From: Schleiferiaceae bacterium
GTDB taxonomy: Bacteria > Bacteroidota > Bacteroidia > Flavobacteriales > Schleiferiaceae
DNA length: 64,000 nt
Assembly: GCA_963758205.1 (NCBI GenBank)
Contig: CAVWUM010000002.1
Coordinates: 899,613-963,612 of the forward strand
Reading direction: 5' to 3'
The notes under the pieces were generated by a model. It worked only from the letters and a program-made list of their open reading frames with translations. It was not told the origin of the DNA and searched no databases. Positions 39,982 to 50,356 of the stretch are shown one piece after another. Within the stretch, counting starts at the first letter, position 1, and each line of letters begins with the position of its first letter. Position numbers and translations under genes: made by a program.

Positions 39982-41715
39982 TTATTGAACTACAATACGC
40001 TTTTGCTGCGTTCCGGCATCGCCACTAATGTTTAGGAGATAGATACCCGATGGCAACTGAGACAGGTCAACGGTGGTCTCATCTGTAATAGATATATCCA
40101 TCAGTTTCTTACCATTTAAATCAAATAGTATAGCGCTGGCCTCTTTTATTCCCAATTCGGGTTTTAGCGTAAGCTTACCAGCTGTAGGGTTAGGGTAAGC
40201 CTGAACAAGTGAAACTTCAGTTCTTCCAAACTCCTCAATACTCACAAACCTATTGATAGTATTAGTTGCAGTATTGGTAATGATTGGCGGGTTGTAGTCG
40301 AAGAAAATACCTGCTGTGTTCTCAATTTTAGTACCCTCAGGTAGTGCGGCTTTCTGATCTATAGTAAAGCTTACAAACCCATGACTTTCAGGTTCATTAC
40401 TATTACTGTCAGGTAACATAATGTTATTAAAACTGAATTTCAGAAGGTTATTATCAATAACACGCAATTCCATTTGGTGACTGAATTCAAGCACTTCAAG
40501 TGTGTTCATATCCAATACCTGGTCATCAATGGTATCAAGGATGTAAATGTTGGTAGCCATAAAGTTACCGGTGTTCTGAAAGTGTACTGTATAGAGCATG
40601 GTCTGATTGGGCTTAATATCGCCTGATGCACCAACACCACTAGGGTAAACTGTTTTCATGTTAGGATCATAAGAAGTCCTTACTTCCACACATGGATTAA
40701 TGGTGTTGTTGGCTGCATTGGCATCTCCGATAGTTGGAGTTGAAGACATGCTCATGCATACAGTATCATTTACGGTAAGGGTAGTGTCTCCTTTAAGCTT
40801 TACGCGGATATCCAATTGGCCATTAATCCCCAGATTGCTGTAACTGAAGTAAAGTGTACTCCCTACTACGCTATCAGGTGCCGTGTAATATGAGCTGGGA
40901 GATGGTACATAGGTAACCTGTGGCCCAAGTGTCAAAGCACTCACTCCGGTTGCCGGTGCGCACATATTATTTTGAACTCTGAAATAAACGCTACGCTCTA
41001 CTCCGGGTACAATAAAGCCACCTGTGTACTTGCTTTCCACATCAAATTGAGAAGTAGGACACGTCATTGCAAAATCAAGATTGGCAGCTGGTAAACTACT
41101 TACATTATGCACACCCGAGGCCGGACATACGGTATTTAAAATTGCATTGCTGGTTTCTACGGTATAACTTAAACCTGCCACTGCTGTAAATTCATAATCT
41201 CCTGCTGAATCTGTAATAGCATAGGAAACAACCTGAGATCCCAACTTTAGCTTAACGGTGCGGTTTGTAAGAGCTACATCACCAGTGTTGAAGCTACAGT
41301 CTGAATTATTATCCAGATAGAGCTTTCCGCTGATGTTGCCACAGGAGGAACCTATAATTACTTCATTGGGTACGGTGAGGGTATCGCTGGCCAAATCAGG
41401 AGCTGTAACAACATACTGCACTGTATATAAACCGGGCAGTAGATATTTATGCTCTGCCCAGGCACCCCAGTTAGTGCCGTTAAAGATGCTTATCTTAAAT
41501 GTGGTATCCTGACCATCGCCAAAGGCCACAAATACGTCAAGCGAATCATTTTGGGTATATCCGGAAGCTGTACCTCCTATTATAAACCCTATCCTTTGAG
41601 GATAAACACAAGGACTCCCTAAAGAATCGCTTGCCCAACCAATAGTGACCGTTCCCGCAAAGGCGGACGATCCCATAAACAACAATAAACTAAATGCGAG
41701 TAATAACTTTTTCAT
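39982..41715 (-). CDS. Secreted hypothetical protein with a T9SS type-A C-terminal sorting domain
   Basis: It has a signal peptide. The C-terminal CTD reads VQAYPNPTAGKLTL...SGIYLLNISGDAGTQQKRIVVQ. Confidence 0.7.
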   Translation of the reverse strand: MKKLLLAFSLLLFMGSSAFAGTVTIGWASDSLGSPCVYPQRIGFIIGGTASGYTQNDSLDVFVAFGDGQDTTFKISIFNGTNWGAWAEHKYLLPGLYTVQYVVTAPDLASDTLTVPNEVIIGSSCGNISGKLYLDNNSDCSFNTGDVALTNRTVKLKLGSQVVSYAITDSAGDYEFTAVAGLSYTVETSNAILNTVCPASGVHNVSSLPAANLDFAMTCPTSQFDVESKYTGGFIVPGVERSVYFRVQNNMCAPATGVSALTLGPQVTYVPSPSSYYTAPDSVVGSTLYFSYSNLGINGQLDIRVKLKGDTTLTVNDTVCMSMSSTPTIGDANAANNTINPCVEVRTSYDPNMKTVYPSGVGASGDIKPNQTMLYTVHFQNTGNFMATNIYILDTIDDQVLDMNTLEVLEFSHQMELRVIDNNLLKFSFNNIMLPDSNSNEPESHGFVSFTIDQKAALPEGTKIENTAGIFFDYNPPIITNTATNTINRFVSIEEFGRTEVSLVQAYPNPTAGKLTLKPELGIKEASAILFDLNGKKLMDISITDETTVDLSQLPSGIYLLNISGDAGTQQKRIVVQ

Positions 41716-41866
41716 GGATTAGATTTTTAATGAAACTTCGTATTTCATTTAGTAATACGAACGACAGCCTATCCTTAGGACAGACTTGGCCTGCGCTTTA
41801 GTAATAGGCCCTGTAGCCAAAGTCTTCGGCAGCTGATCTTATTCAATAATTGCAAATGATTTTATC

Positions 41867-42940
41867 TTACCTCAACCCACACCTGAAAAGCGTATGGCCA
41901 CCACGGCCAATGTCATCTATATCCTTTTCTACTACCAGCCCGGCCTCTTGTACCAGGCGTATCATATCTTTTGAGTGATACATGCGGCTGTTGCCGTTGG
42001 CAATGGCCGTAAAGTAAAGTGACGTGGCATTAAGGCTATAGCTGGCAGCATCAAAGCGCTGGCGGTCCCAGTACGTCTCTAATATATAGAGTTTTGCATC
42101 TTTATCCATGCTAGCTGCGGCCCGCTTAAGGATGCTCAAAATTTCATCTTCAGCAAAGCAATCCAAAAACTGGCTCATCCATATTACATCTGCACCTTTT
42201 GGGAAGGGTTGGGCATCATCAAGCATGTTTATTTCATAGCCTTTTATACGATCTTCAAAACCCCGCTCCCGCGCATTGGCCATGGAGTCTCTCAGCTGGC
42301 CGGGCAAATCCAATATGGTTACTTCTACATCGGGATCATGCTCCACACAAAGCAAGGCCCACTTGCCGGTATTACCACCAGCATCAAAAAGTTTTTTGGG
42401 CTTATCGGCAAAAACAATTTTCAGCAATTCAGGAAACGAGCCATCCGAATAGAAGTGATCAAACTCAAACCAGCTCTTCCTGAGTTTATCAGGTAATTCA
42501 GAAAGACCCTCATACACCGTTGACCAATCTCCCAACTCCTTAAGCCCGGCAGGTTTTACCTCTCGGATGGCTTCCTCAAGATGAAACATGCCTTTATAGC
42601 ATACATCATGGGTAAAATCCATGTTTACCTGCGTCATTTTATCATTTACTATAAAGTGCCCGGTTTTTAAAAGAAAGAATTTGCCATCTTCCCACTTCAC
42701 CAGCTTCATACTTGTGGCCATATCCAGTAAAACCTTCACGCCATATTCTGAAATCCCTGTTTTATTACTTATCTCAGCAACGGTTACACCAGCGCGCCTG
42801 GCATCACCTACGGCCTTTAGTATCCCGGTGTTTCTGAGCGTAAGGGCACATTGAAATGTAATGGGTGCAAATGCAATTTTTTGAGCTTCAAACTTGGCAT
42901 CAAATGCCGATAGTTCTTTTTCGGGCGCTGTTTCTTTCAT
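41867..42940 (-). CDS. Class I SAM-dependent O-methyltransferase (family 2, with an N-terminal dimerisation/winged-helix domain)
   Basis: The SAM-binding motif LFDAGGNTGKWAL is present. Overall it resembles CrtF/COMT-type O-methyltransferases. Confidence 0.65.
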   Translation of the reverse strand: MKETAPEKELSAFDAKFEAQKIAFAPITFQCALTLRNTGILKAVGDARRAGVTVAEISNKTGISEYGVKVLLDMATSMKLVKWEDGKFFLLKTGHFIVNDKMTQVNMDFTHDVCYKGMFHLEEAIREVKPAGLKELGDWSTVYEGLSELPDKLRKSWFEFDHFYSDGSFPELLKIVFADKPKKLFDAGGNTGKWALLCVEHDPDVEVTILDLPGQLRDSMANARERGFEDRIKGYEINMLDDAQPFPKGADVIWMSQFLDCFAEDEILSILKRAAASMDKDAKLYILETYWDRQRFDAASYSLNATSLYFTAIANGNSRMYHSKDMIRLVQEAGLVVEKDIDDIGRGGHTLFRCGLR

Positions 42941-43013
42941 GGGCGCAAAATAAGGCTAAGCCCGTATTAATAAAAAGCTTAAAAGCGAATTCATCGCATT
43001 TTTTGAATAGTTT

Positions 43014-43628
43014 TTACTTCGCCACATTAAACGTAATGATTATAGGCTTCTCAGTAATGGTGCGGGTTACTGAGGCACCTGAAACTGATTTAACCTGAGG
43101 GGAATAACTGTCCACCACAAAGTCAATAACCTTTACATCCGCTGCACCTTTGGGTAACTTAACTTCAAAATTCGGAGCTTTAAGATTGTTGGCCGTAGCT
43201 TTAAATACCACCAGCGCATAGTACTTTTCCTTTTCGTTGTAGGTGAGGTACGATTTTATCTTTTCCTCCTCATTAAGCCATTGCCTTTTTACGGCCACGT
43301 TATCACCCAAAATTTTCTTCATATTATGAAAAGCGTAAGCCGATGTTTTGGCCGGGTAGCCTCCGTTTCCAAATCGCGGATTGCCATAGAGGCCCATCCC
43401 GGTAAAGGTGGTATAATCATTTTTTGCCTCTGTCATCCACTTTTTATTATGATCGGGCATCAGTTTTCCGGTAGCCTCATCCAAAGTAAAAATGTCATAA
43501 TAGCCGCCTTTGTCGGCCATCCAGTATTGCGCAAGTTTATCAAGCCCGGAGAACCATATTTCAAGGCTCCCTCTAATCAGCCAATTGGCTTGTTGGTAAA
43601 ACATCCCGGCCTCATCGGGCATATCCAA
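43014..43628 (-). CDS. 204-aa ORF without a signal peptide or ATG start; likely the frameshifted C-terminal part of the preceding 998-aa secreted protein
   Basis: It overlaps the upstream ORF by 17 nt in another frame. Its called start is TTG. Removing one A from the A6 run at the junction fuses the two frames (…DREISRLKNQKPLDMPDEAGMFYQQ…). Confidence 0.45.
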   Translation of the reverse strand: MDMPDEAGMFYQQANWLIRGSLEIWFSGLDKLAQYWMADKGGYYDIFTLDEATGKLMPDHNKKWMTEAKNDYTTFTGMGLYGNPRFGNGGYPAKTSAYAFHNMKKILGDNVAVKRQWLNEEEKIKSYLTYNEKEKYYALVVFKATANNLKAPNFEVKLPKGAADVKVIDFVVDSYSPQVKSVSGASVTRTITEKPIIITFNVAK

Positions 43629-46608
43629 AGGCTTCTGATTTTTTAAGCCTGCTAATCTCCCTGTCCAGCTTGGCTATGGCTCCCTTATCGGGCACGGCTG
43701 TAGCCTTCAACTTCTCCTTCTGCTGCTCAAGCTCTTTTACCATCCTGTCTCTTTCAGCAACCGCATTGCTACTTTCCACACCAAAATCCTGCTTCAAAGG
43801 AGAAAACTTTCCGCCAGTGTGAGTGCCATAGCCCCATTCCGTAATCGTGGTTTTTACCTGTGGGTAAAATGATTTTAACCAGGAAGTTTCCTCGCGTATT
43901 GTTTCATATATATCATCATCCGTTGCTGTAAGCCCTTTTTCATCCTTATCATACGGAAAGCGCAAATACTGAGCACTGCGCTGCCCACCACTGGTGCCTG
44001 AGTAATGATGCCAGTTTGCCCAAAAATTGGGTGGCAAAATATAAAGCGGCATGCCGTTACCGGGATGTTTGGTTACCCCTTTGTCATTAAGCTCTTTTTT
44101 ACGTTTGGTGCGGATGGCCACAAGGGCATCAAGTGCGAGCTTAATATCGTAACAACCATCCTTTGTAGTACCCTGGTAAAGAAAATCGAGCAAGGGTGCG
44201 GCACACATATAACCAGTAATATTATTGTTTAATGGACCGGAGATTTGCCCCATATTTCCATCCATAATAGCACTCATGTAAGCTGCGGCCCATTGCGGCC
44301 ACATGTGCGCCAAAGGCCCATGCCAGGTTTGGTCGGTTTCATTTTCCCACTCCAGCATGTCCATGGTCCCTTGCCCTGTTTTTTCAACCTGACCTGGCTG
44401 CACCCACAGGGTTTTCATATCTACTTTATTGGGGCCATGCACTGCTGTGAGGTTATAAAAAAAAGCTGCATCATAGGCGTAGGTTCGTGGGTCAGAGAGT
44501 ACACTATCCCTCTTATCGGGATCCGCCAGGGCCTTGTGCTTATCCCACGGTATACGCATACCACGGTTGTAAATCTGTGTATTGGGATTTTCAGGATCAG
44601 TAACATCAAAATAGCTTGCAAGCCATGGTGAAACTTTTCCATCCTTCGTCCAATATTCAAGTACTTCCTTTGACTTTTCATAACCCTCGGGGTTAACCCG
44701 GTACTCTGTAACCTTTGCCTTTATATCTTCAGTCCGCTGGCTTTGCGCTCCTATCCCCCCTTCTCCCGTAAGGAGGTATGATGTGGTGGAGTAGGGTAAA
44801 AAATCTTCCGGATAGTCAATTTTGCCATTGCCATTCTGGTCCTTATCGTAATACCAGCCACCCTCCTGTTTGGCTTTTTGGTTAACATACCAGTTGGCGC
44901 CTTGCTGTATGCAGTATAAAATCTTAACATCAGGGTTAAGCGCTTTCACCTTTTTATTTCTGTAAATAATGTCATTCTTAAGCCAGCGTACGGCATTGCC
45001 ATCCTCACCCTCATGCTTTATGTAATCATAATGAGTGTTGTACTGTCCGTTGGTATTTTGATTGATAAAAAACTTACCCCCTATTTCATTGCTAAAGTCG
45101 CCATAACTCATATAGCAGCGCAGGTAATTAAACTTAGCACGCAACGTATCAGGGTCAGAGTTAAAGCAATTAGTACCAAAAAAATCATTAAAGGTGTTTT
45201 TGGTTTCCACTGCCGTGGGAAGATCTTCGGGCTTCATAAAACTGGTAATGTAACCGCCCCTGTATTTACCCGAGGCCACTATTTTTATCAGGGCTGAGTT
45301 TGTTTTACAATCGTTATACATATTGGGGTCGCTACTAACAATCTTAAGCCGCAAATAGCAGTAATAGTTTGGGTCATTAGTTAGATATCCTTTCCATCGG
45401 TTGGAGCGGTCAAACTCCAGGCTGTCAATAATCTTAGTCCAGCTGAAGTTATCTGTACTGCCGTATAAGGCGTACCAAAAATTGCAGGTAGCACCAGGGT
45501 TTATAGGGCGATTGTCCATCTGGTAAAATACTACCGTATCGAGCCTTGTTTCGCGATTCATGTAATAATAGGTACTCAAATCCTTCCACGGCTGCTTTAC
45601 GTCCTGAAACCGCTGCTTGAAATAGTACTCAGGTTTACCTGTACTAATTCCACTTAGCTTTCCATCTTTCCAGCTCACGTCATCCAGTTTCCAGGCTGAT
45701 TCAGGGTCGTGCACATTAGCAGTTGCCAGCGATTTATTATCCAGATCTTTCCAGTCCACCTCATAGCCCCCATACATTTCAATGGCATGATTTCTTGGAT
45801 CGTGATCCGGCCTTACCAGCCTGCTTTTACTTATCCTAGCCTCCTCATTCACCAGGGCATCGCAAAAATTACTAACCGGTTTTTTTGCTACCTGCTTCTT
45901 AGCTTCCTTACGGGATTCCACAGGCGCTGAGTTGCTCAATACGATACTCTCACTTTCAAATACCTCTGGTGCATGATAGTTATCCCGGGCATCCTCCACC
46001 ACCAAAGCTGCAATACTACTAACACTGCCATCTACCTTATTCACCTTTACCAGGATATTACCTTTAGAGTTGCTCTTAATGCTCACCTTAAAAGTGCGGC
46101 TGCGATTACCGGTTACACCGCTATAGCGAACGGCCGTGCCGTTTATCTCAATGGCAATTTCATTGCCCTCATAACCCCGCTGAGTGCTTAAAAATGTGAG
46201 CGTATAGAGGTAGTCTGGCTTTAAACCTGCAAGGCGAAATGCCCAGGCCTCTTTACTCCCCCAGCCTCTCCAAAGCACTTTATCTTCAAAAGCAGCTTCA
46301 ACCGGCTTGCCGTCATACTCTGTGCGATAAAAGGGAAAAGTAGTGGCAGCCTCCATAAAAATATCAACGGTGGTAGAATTGCCATTTTCATCCTTTAAAT
46401 TTTCAGCCAGCAAGCCCGTTGTTTTAGAGTCTGCGGTGATGTTATTCCAGGGTTTACCTGCCCCTTCCGCAAATCTTACCGGGTTGATATATATGGCGGG
46501 CTCTTTGGTTTGTGGAAGTTCATCACCGTAAGGATAAGCATATAGACCTACAATTAAAGAACTTACAAGTGAAAGAAGCAGGGAAATTTTGGGCAGCGAT
46601 AAGCTCAT
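43612..46608 (-). CDS. Large secreted hypothetical protein (998 aa as called); it probably continues into the downstream 204-aa ORF
   Basis: It has a signal peptide and the composition of a beta-rich extracellular protein (discoidin-like or carbohydrate-active?). It ends in a short coiled coil right at a T6/A6 homopolymer. Confidence 0.6.
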   Translation of the reverse strand: MSLSLPKISLLLSLVSSLIVGLYAYPYGDELPQTKEPAIYINPVRFAEGAGKPWNNITADSKTTGLLAENLKDENGNSTTVDIFMEAATTFPFYRTEYDGKPVEAAFEDKVLWRGWGSKEAWAFRLAGLKPDYLYTLTFLSTQRGYEGNEIAIEINGTAVRYSGVTGNRSRTFKVSIKSNSKGNILVKVNKVDGSVSSIAALVVEDARDNYHAPEVFESESIVLSNSAPVESRKEAKKQVAKKPVSNFCDALVNEEARISKSRLVRPDHDPRNHAIEMYGGYEVDWKDLDNKSLATANVHDPESAWKLDDVSWKDGKLSGISTGKPEYYFKQRFQDVKQPWKDLSTYYYMNRETRLDTVVFYQMDNRPINPGATCNFWYALYGSTDNFSWTKIIDSLEFDRSNRWKGYLTNDPNYYCYLRLKIVSSDPNMYNDCKTNSALIKIVASGKYRGGYITSFMKPEDLPTAVETKNTFNDFFGTNCFNSDPDTLRAKFNYLRCYMSYGDFSNEIGGKFFINQNTNGQYNTHYDYIKHEGEDGNAVRWLKNDIIYRNKKVKALNPDVKILYCIQQGANWYVNQKAKQEGGWYYDKDQNGNGKIDYPEDFLPYSTTSYLLTGEGGIGAQSQRTEDIKAKVTEYRVNPEGYEKSKEVLEYWTKDGKVSPWLASYFDVTDPENPNTQIYNRGMRIPWDKHKALADPDKRDSVLSDPRTYAYDAAFFYNLTAVHGPNKVDMKTLWVQPGQVEKTGQGTMDMLEWENETDQTWHGPLAHMWPQWAAAYMSAIMDGNMGQISGPLNNNITGYMCAAPLLDFLYQGTTKDGCYDIKLALDALVAIRTKRKKELNDKGVTKHPGNGMPLYILPPNFWANWHHYSGTSGGQRSAQYLRFPYDKDEKGLTATDDDIYETIREETSWLKSFYPQVKTTITEWGYGTHTGGKFSPLKQDFGVESSNAVAERDRMVKELEQQKEKLKATAVPDKGAIAKLDREISRLKKSEAFGYAR

Positions 46609-46680
46609 CTAAGATTAGGTTTTTCGACTGTGGTAAAGATGAGAAACGAAAATCGGAGCAGCAAAGTTTGAGTGGAAGGA

Positions 46681-46745
46681 ATTTCCTTCCAATTAGCCCG
46701 TACTTCAATGCGAGATATTTGCCTTGTGACACTTACTGGATTATT
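46681..46745. repeat. Degenerate direct repeat of the tRNA-Val(GAC) 3' end plus about 35 nt of its 3' flank, 180 bp away
   Basis: attagcccgtacttcaatgcgagatatttgccttgtgacacttactggatt matches attagcccgcatttccgtgcgagacatttgccttgtgagacatactggatt at 46861-46911, roughly 80% identical. Confidence 0.6.
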
Positions 46746-46895
46746 TCATGATCCAAAAGGAGAGCCTCTTGTACCCAAGTCAAATGCCTACTTCGCTTCG
46801 CTCGTACTTAATTTTTATCTCTTACTCTTTGGCAAACAAGTTTACCAGAGCATAGATAAAATTAGCCCGCATTTCCGTGCGAGACATTTGCCTTG

Positions 46896-46970
46896 TGAGA
46901 CATACTGGATTCGAACCAGTGACCCCTACCCTGTCAAGGTAGTGCTCTGAACCAACTGAGCTAATGTCTC
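46896..46970 (-). tRNA. tRNA-Val (anticodon GAC), 75 nt, no encoded CCA
   Basis: The reverse complement GAGACATTAGCTCAGTTGGTTCAGAGCACTACCTTGACAGGGTAGGGGTCACTGGTTCGAATCCAGTATGTCTCA folds into a cloverleaf. The 7-bp acceptor stem, D-arm, TTCGAAT T-loop and anticodon loop TTGACAG were all identified. Confidence 0.85.
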
Positions 46971-47038
46971 GTAATAAAGAGACATTAGTGAAGTTGCCTG
47001 TCCCGTTTACTATCGGGGAGCTAATGTCTCAAAAGTAG

Positions 47039-47060
47039 GATGAGCACCTAGGTGCTCATC
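47039..47060. terminator. Perfect 22-nt palindrome (gatgagcacctaggtgctcatc) 19 nt downstream of the S9-peptidase stop; putative terminator hairpin
   Basis: The sequence is self-complementary, but the U-run on the minus-strand side is short (4 nt), so it may be only a stability hairpin. Confidence 0.4.
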
Positions 47061-47078
47061 ACTCACTTGTTATTAATA

Positions 47079-49523
47079 TTAATTGGTACCGCTTGCCTCG
47101 GTATTCTCCTCCCTGTTTTTTACATGCTTTTCCAACCATTCATCCTGCTCCCAAAGCAAATGCAAAATACTTTCCTTAGCCCTGTAGCCATGGCTTTCTT
47201 TGGGTAGCATCACCAGGCGTGCCGGACCACCAAGACCTTTAAGTGCATTAAAGTAGCGCTCGCTTTGCAGCGGATAGGTACCGCTGTTATTATCAGCCTC
47301 GCCATGTATAAGTAAAAGTGGAGTTTTCATTTTATCCGCATGCATAAAGGGCGACATGGTATTATACACTTCAGGTGCCTCCCAATACGAGCGCTCTTCA
47401 CTTTGAAAGCCAAATGGTGTAAGCGTACGGTTGTAGGCACCACTGCGTGCAATACCCGCTGCAAACAAATCTGAATGACTCAGAAGATTTGCCACCATAA
47501 AGGCCCCGTAAGAGTGCCCGCCAACGGCTACCCGGTTCCGGTCAATATATCCAAGATCGTCCACAGCATCAATGGCCGCTTTGGCATTGGCCACCAACTG
47601 TTTTCTAAAAGAGTCGTTTGGCTCCTCCTCGCCCTCACCCACTATGGGGAATGAGGCATCATCCAACACTACATACCCACGTGTAACCCAATAAATGGGC
47701 GAACCATAATAGGGATACGTAAAATCATTGGGGTTTGAAGTGTTCTGCCCGGCATTGTCTTTATCCTTATACTCCACGGGGTAAGCCCACATTATCATAG
47801 GCAGCTTAGGCTTTTTCTTCATATCATAGCCTACCGGCAGATATAAGGTGCCTTCCAGCTCAAGGCCATCGTCCCGCTTGTACTTAATAACCTCCTTGTG
47901 TACATTTTGTATGCTCTTAAACGGGTTTTCAAAATCAGTAATGGTGGTAAGCTTATTCTTTTTGGTAATATCCCTGAAGTAATAATTAGGGTACTCACTT
48001 GCCGACTCAATCCTTACCAAAACCTTACCCTTGGCGGGATCTATCATATCGCGGATATCCTCCTTTTTATCGGTGTATTTAGATTGATAGAGGCGGTTAG
48101 TTTTGCCTTCGGCCAATAGATATTCATCCACAAAAGGAAACTGGCCTTTTTCTGAATAGCCATCTCCCAGCAAATAGGCCTTACCATCATTCATCATCAA
48201 AACCCTTTCGTTAAACTCATTACGATGTGTACTAAAGTTGCCCGGATCGCTGTACCTGTCCTGGTAATTTCTATCGTAAATAATGGACGCTTCTTTTGAA
48301 GCATCCGAAGGATCAAATAGATAGGTTTTAGTGTTACGGTTGTTCCACCAATAATCATAAGCTATGGCTACATCCTGGTTACCCCAGGTAATGCCACCAA
48401 AGCGGTTTTTGGTTTTCAACATTGATTTTGGCTCTCCATTAAAAGGGGCATCCAGTTGAAAAACCTCATCCCGGTATTCAGCCTCTTTTTCAGGATCGCC
48501 ACCATCAAGGGCCTGGGCCCAGTAAAGTGTGGAGGGTTTGTCAGAGCGCCAGCCCAGGCTGCGCCTACCTTCCCTTACAGCCATAAAGCCCTTGGGCAAC
48601 ACTTCAGTAAGGGGAGCAGAGTTTACCACCTGTACCACTTTACCGGATTTATCATACACGGTGCTTTCGCTGGGAAAGCGGTAGTAAGGCACCAGATAAG
48701 AAAAGGGACGTTTTACCTTGCTTACCATCACATAATTTCCATCTGGCGAAAAGTCCATATCATCATACATACCGGGCTCTGGCAGCCATTGAGAAGAAGT
48801 ACCATCAAGGTTCACCTTATATATTACTGAATAGGCGAGCTGCTCAAAATTGGATTCATCAGCAGGGTTTTTCAATAAATCCTGGTAAGTACGGTTTTGA
48901 GCTTTTTCGCCTGTACTAACTGATACCACGGGGCCGGTTGGTACAGCTTCAGCGGTATTTATGAGCGCCTTTCTGTTTTTTGGAAGCATCCTCACCAAAA
49001 GGGCACTACCATCTTTAAACCACTCCATGGGGTTGCCCATGTTGGCATTTACTGCAGCATTGGTAAGTTTACGGGCAGTGGCTTTTTCGATATCCATTAC
49101 CCATACTTCTACTTTGTCATTAGTAGTGTTTGTAAAGGCCATCATTTTTTGGCTGGGAGACCAACTAAAGTTGGATAACCTGGCGTCTTCAGGGAGCCCT
49201 GTTACATCTCTAACCTCTTTGGCCGTAGCCTTTTTTACTTTAAGATTGTTGTAATAATTAGTACGGCTACCAATATTGGTTTTAGGATTAATCCTCAAAC
49301 CGGCCAGCCGCATTTCGTTTTCTGATAGCTCTGCGATGGATTTATAGGGATCCCGGTAAAACAAAACTACATTTTCACCTTCGCTATCCATATTTACCCC
49401 GGGGGCGAGGGGCACATCAACCAGGTCAAGAATTTCTTTAGGCGGTTTTTGATAGCCTAATTCGGTTTGGGCAAAAAGTGGCAGGCAAAAAGCAACCGCC
49501 AGCAGTACGCTAAGTTTTTTCAT
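47079..49523 (-). CDS. S9-family serine peptidase (prolyl oligopeptidase/dipeptidyl-peptidase-like) with an N-terminal beta-propeller
   Basis: It has a signal peptide and the nucleophile elbow GGHSYGAF. The C-terminal alpha/beta hydrolase carries a downstream Asp and His (LIHGEADNN, ESHGY). Confidence 0.85.
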   Translation of the reverse strand: MKKLSVLLAVAFCLPLFAQTELGYQKPPKEILDLVDVPLAPGVNMDSEGENVVLFYRDPYKSIAELSENEMRLAGLRINPKTNIGSRTNYYNNLKVKKATAKEVRDVTGLPEDARLSNFSWSPSQKMMAFTNTTNDKVEVWVMDIEKATARKLTNAAVNANMGNPMEWFKDGSALLVRMLPKNRKALINTAEAVPTGPVVSVSTGEKAQNRTYQDLLKNPADESNFEQLAYSVIYKVNLDGTSSQWLPEPGMYDDMDFSPDGNYVMVSKVKRPFSYLVPYYRFPSESTVYDKSGKVVQVVNSAPLTEVLPKGFMAVREGRRSLGWRSDKPSTLYWAQALDGGDPEKEAEYRDEVFQLDAPFNGEPKSMLKTKNRFGGITWGNQDVAIAYDYWWNNRNTKTYLFDPSDASKEASIIYDRNYQDRYSDPGNFSTHRNEFNERVLMMNDGKAYLLGDGYSEKGQFPFVDEYLLAEGKTNRLYQSKYTDKKEDIRDMIDPAKGKVLVRIESASEYPNYYFRDITKKNKLTTITDFENPFKSIQNVHKEVIKYKRDDGLELEGTLYLPVGYDMKKKPKLPMIMWAYPVEYKDKDNAGQNTSNPNDFTYPYYGSPIYWVTRGYVVLDDASFPIVGEGEEEPNDSFRKQLVANAKAAIDAVDDLGYIDRNRVAVGGHSYGAFMVANLLSHSDLFAAGIARSGAYNRTLTPFGFQSEERSYWEAPEVYNTMSPFMHADKMKTPLLLIHGEADNNSGTYPLQSERYFNALKGLGGPARLVMLPKESHGYRAKESILHLLWEQDEWLEKHVKNREENTEASGTN

Positions 49524-49940
49524 GAATTTGGATTTTTATTTGGCTTAAGCAGAAGTATAAGGCCGTTCTTACAGAGCCTCTAAGATATAAAAACCAATTT
49601 TTGACTTTCGCCTGATTGGGCTACTTATAATCCATAAAAAACTAATTCAGGAAATATTAAAAATGGTAACCGTAGGGGTAATCTGTATTTCTAAAGCATT
49701 GGAAGACAGTCACTACTGCTTTAAGACAATTACGCATAGGTAACTCTATTAAGACACATTACCGGCTCCGTATCCGCCATTCAAATTATTTACACTCTAA
49801 CTTTTTCTACAAAATTAAGTCGCTCGATGATCTAGTGTAACTATTTAATTTTCAATAGATAAATTCATTTTACATCTACCTAATCTTACATTTCAATTGA
49901 TACCTGTTTCTATATTTATGGCGCACATACAACTCTACTC

Positions 49941-50279
49941 ATGAAACAGATTATTAAACAACTGGAAGCTATAAAGCGGGATATTGCCACTACTACAAAA
50001 CCTTCGCCCGCTTCATTACTGAAAAAGGCTGCACTGGCCTATTCATTACTCAATGTGTTTTATTCTCACAATAGTCTTGAGAATTTTGGGCCGGGTGAAT
50101 TTCAAAAAAAGTCGCTGGGGAAAATGGAACAGCTCATCCACAACTCCGACCAAATAATTGATGTAAAAGGCATCGACTTTTTAAAGTCGGAATTGCTGAC
50201 CCTGCTTAGCCTTCTTATTGTTATGGCGGATAGTGACTCAGAGTCAATAGAAGATAATGGCCTTGGAATGACCGGCTAG
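49941..50279 (+). CDS. Hypothetical protein (112 aa)
   Basis: An ORF with ordinary codon usage that follows a 416-bp AT-rich intergenic region. No motif was recognised. Confidence 0.3.
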   Translation: MKQIIKQLEAIKRDIATTTKPSPASLLKKAALAYSLLNVFYSHNSLENFGPGEFQKKSLGKMEQLIHNSDQIIDVKGIDFLKSELLTLLSLLIVMADSDSESIEDNGLGMTG

Positions 50280-50356
50280 GGTTATTCAATTTACAGCAAG
50301 CAAAAATCCCCTGGGCACTATGTGCCCAGGGGATTTTTGCTTTATAATTCCTAATA

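Noticed and set aside
46512-46950. Short ORFs (62-92 aa) overlapping the tRNA-Val(GAC) region on both strands
   Set aside because: They overlap a tRNA and repeat/hairpin DNA and have no coding signal, so they are considered spurious.
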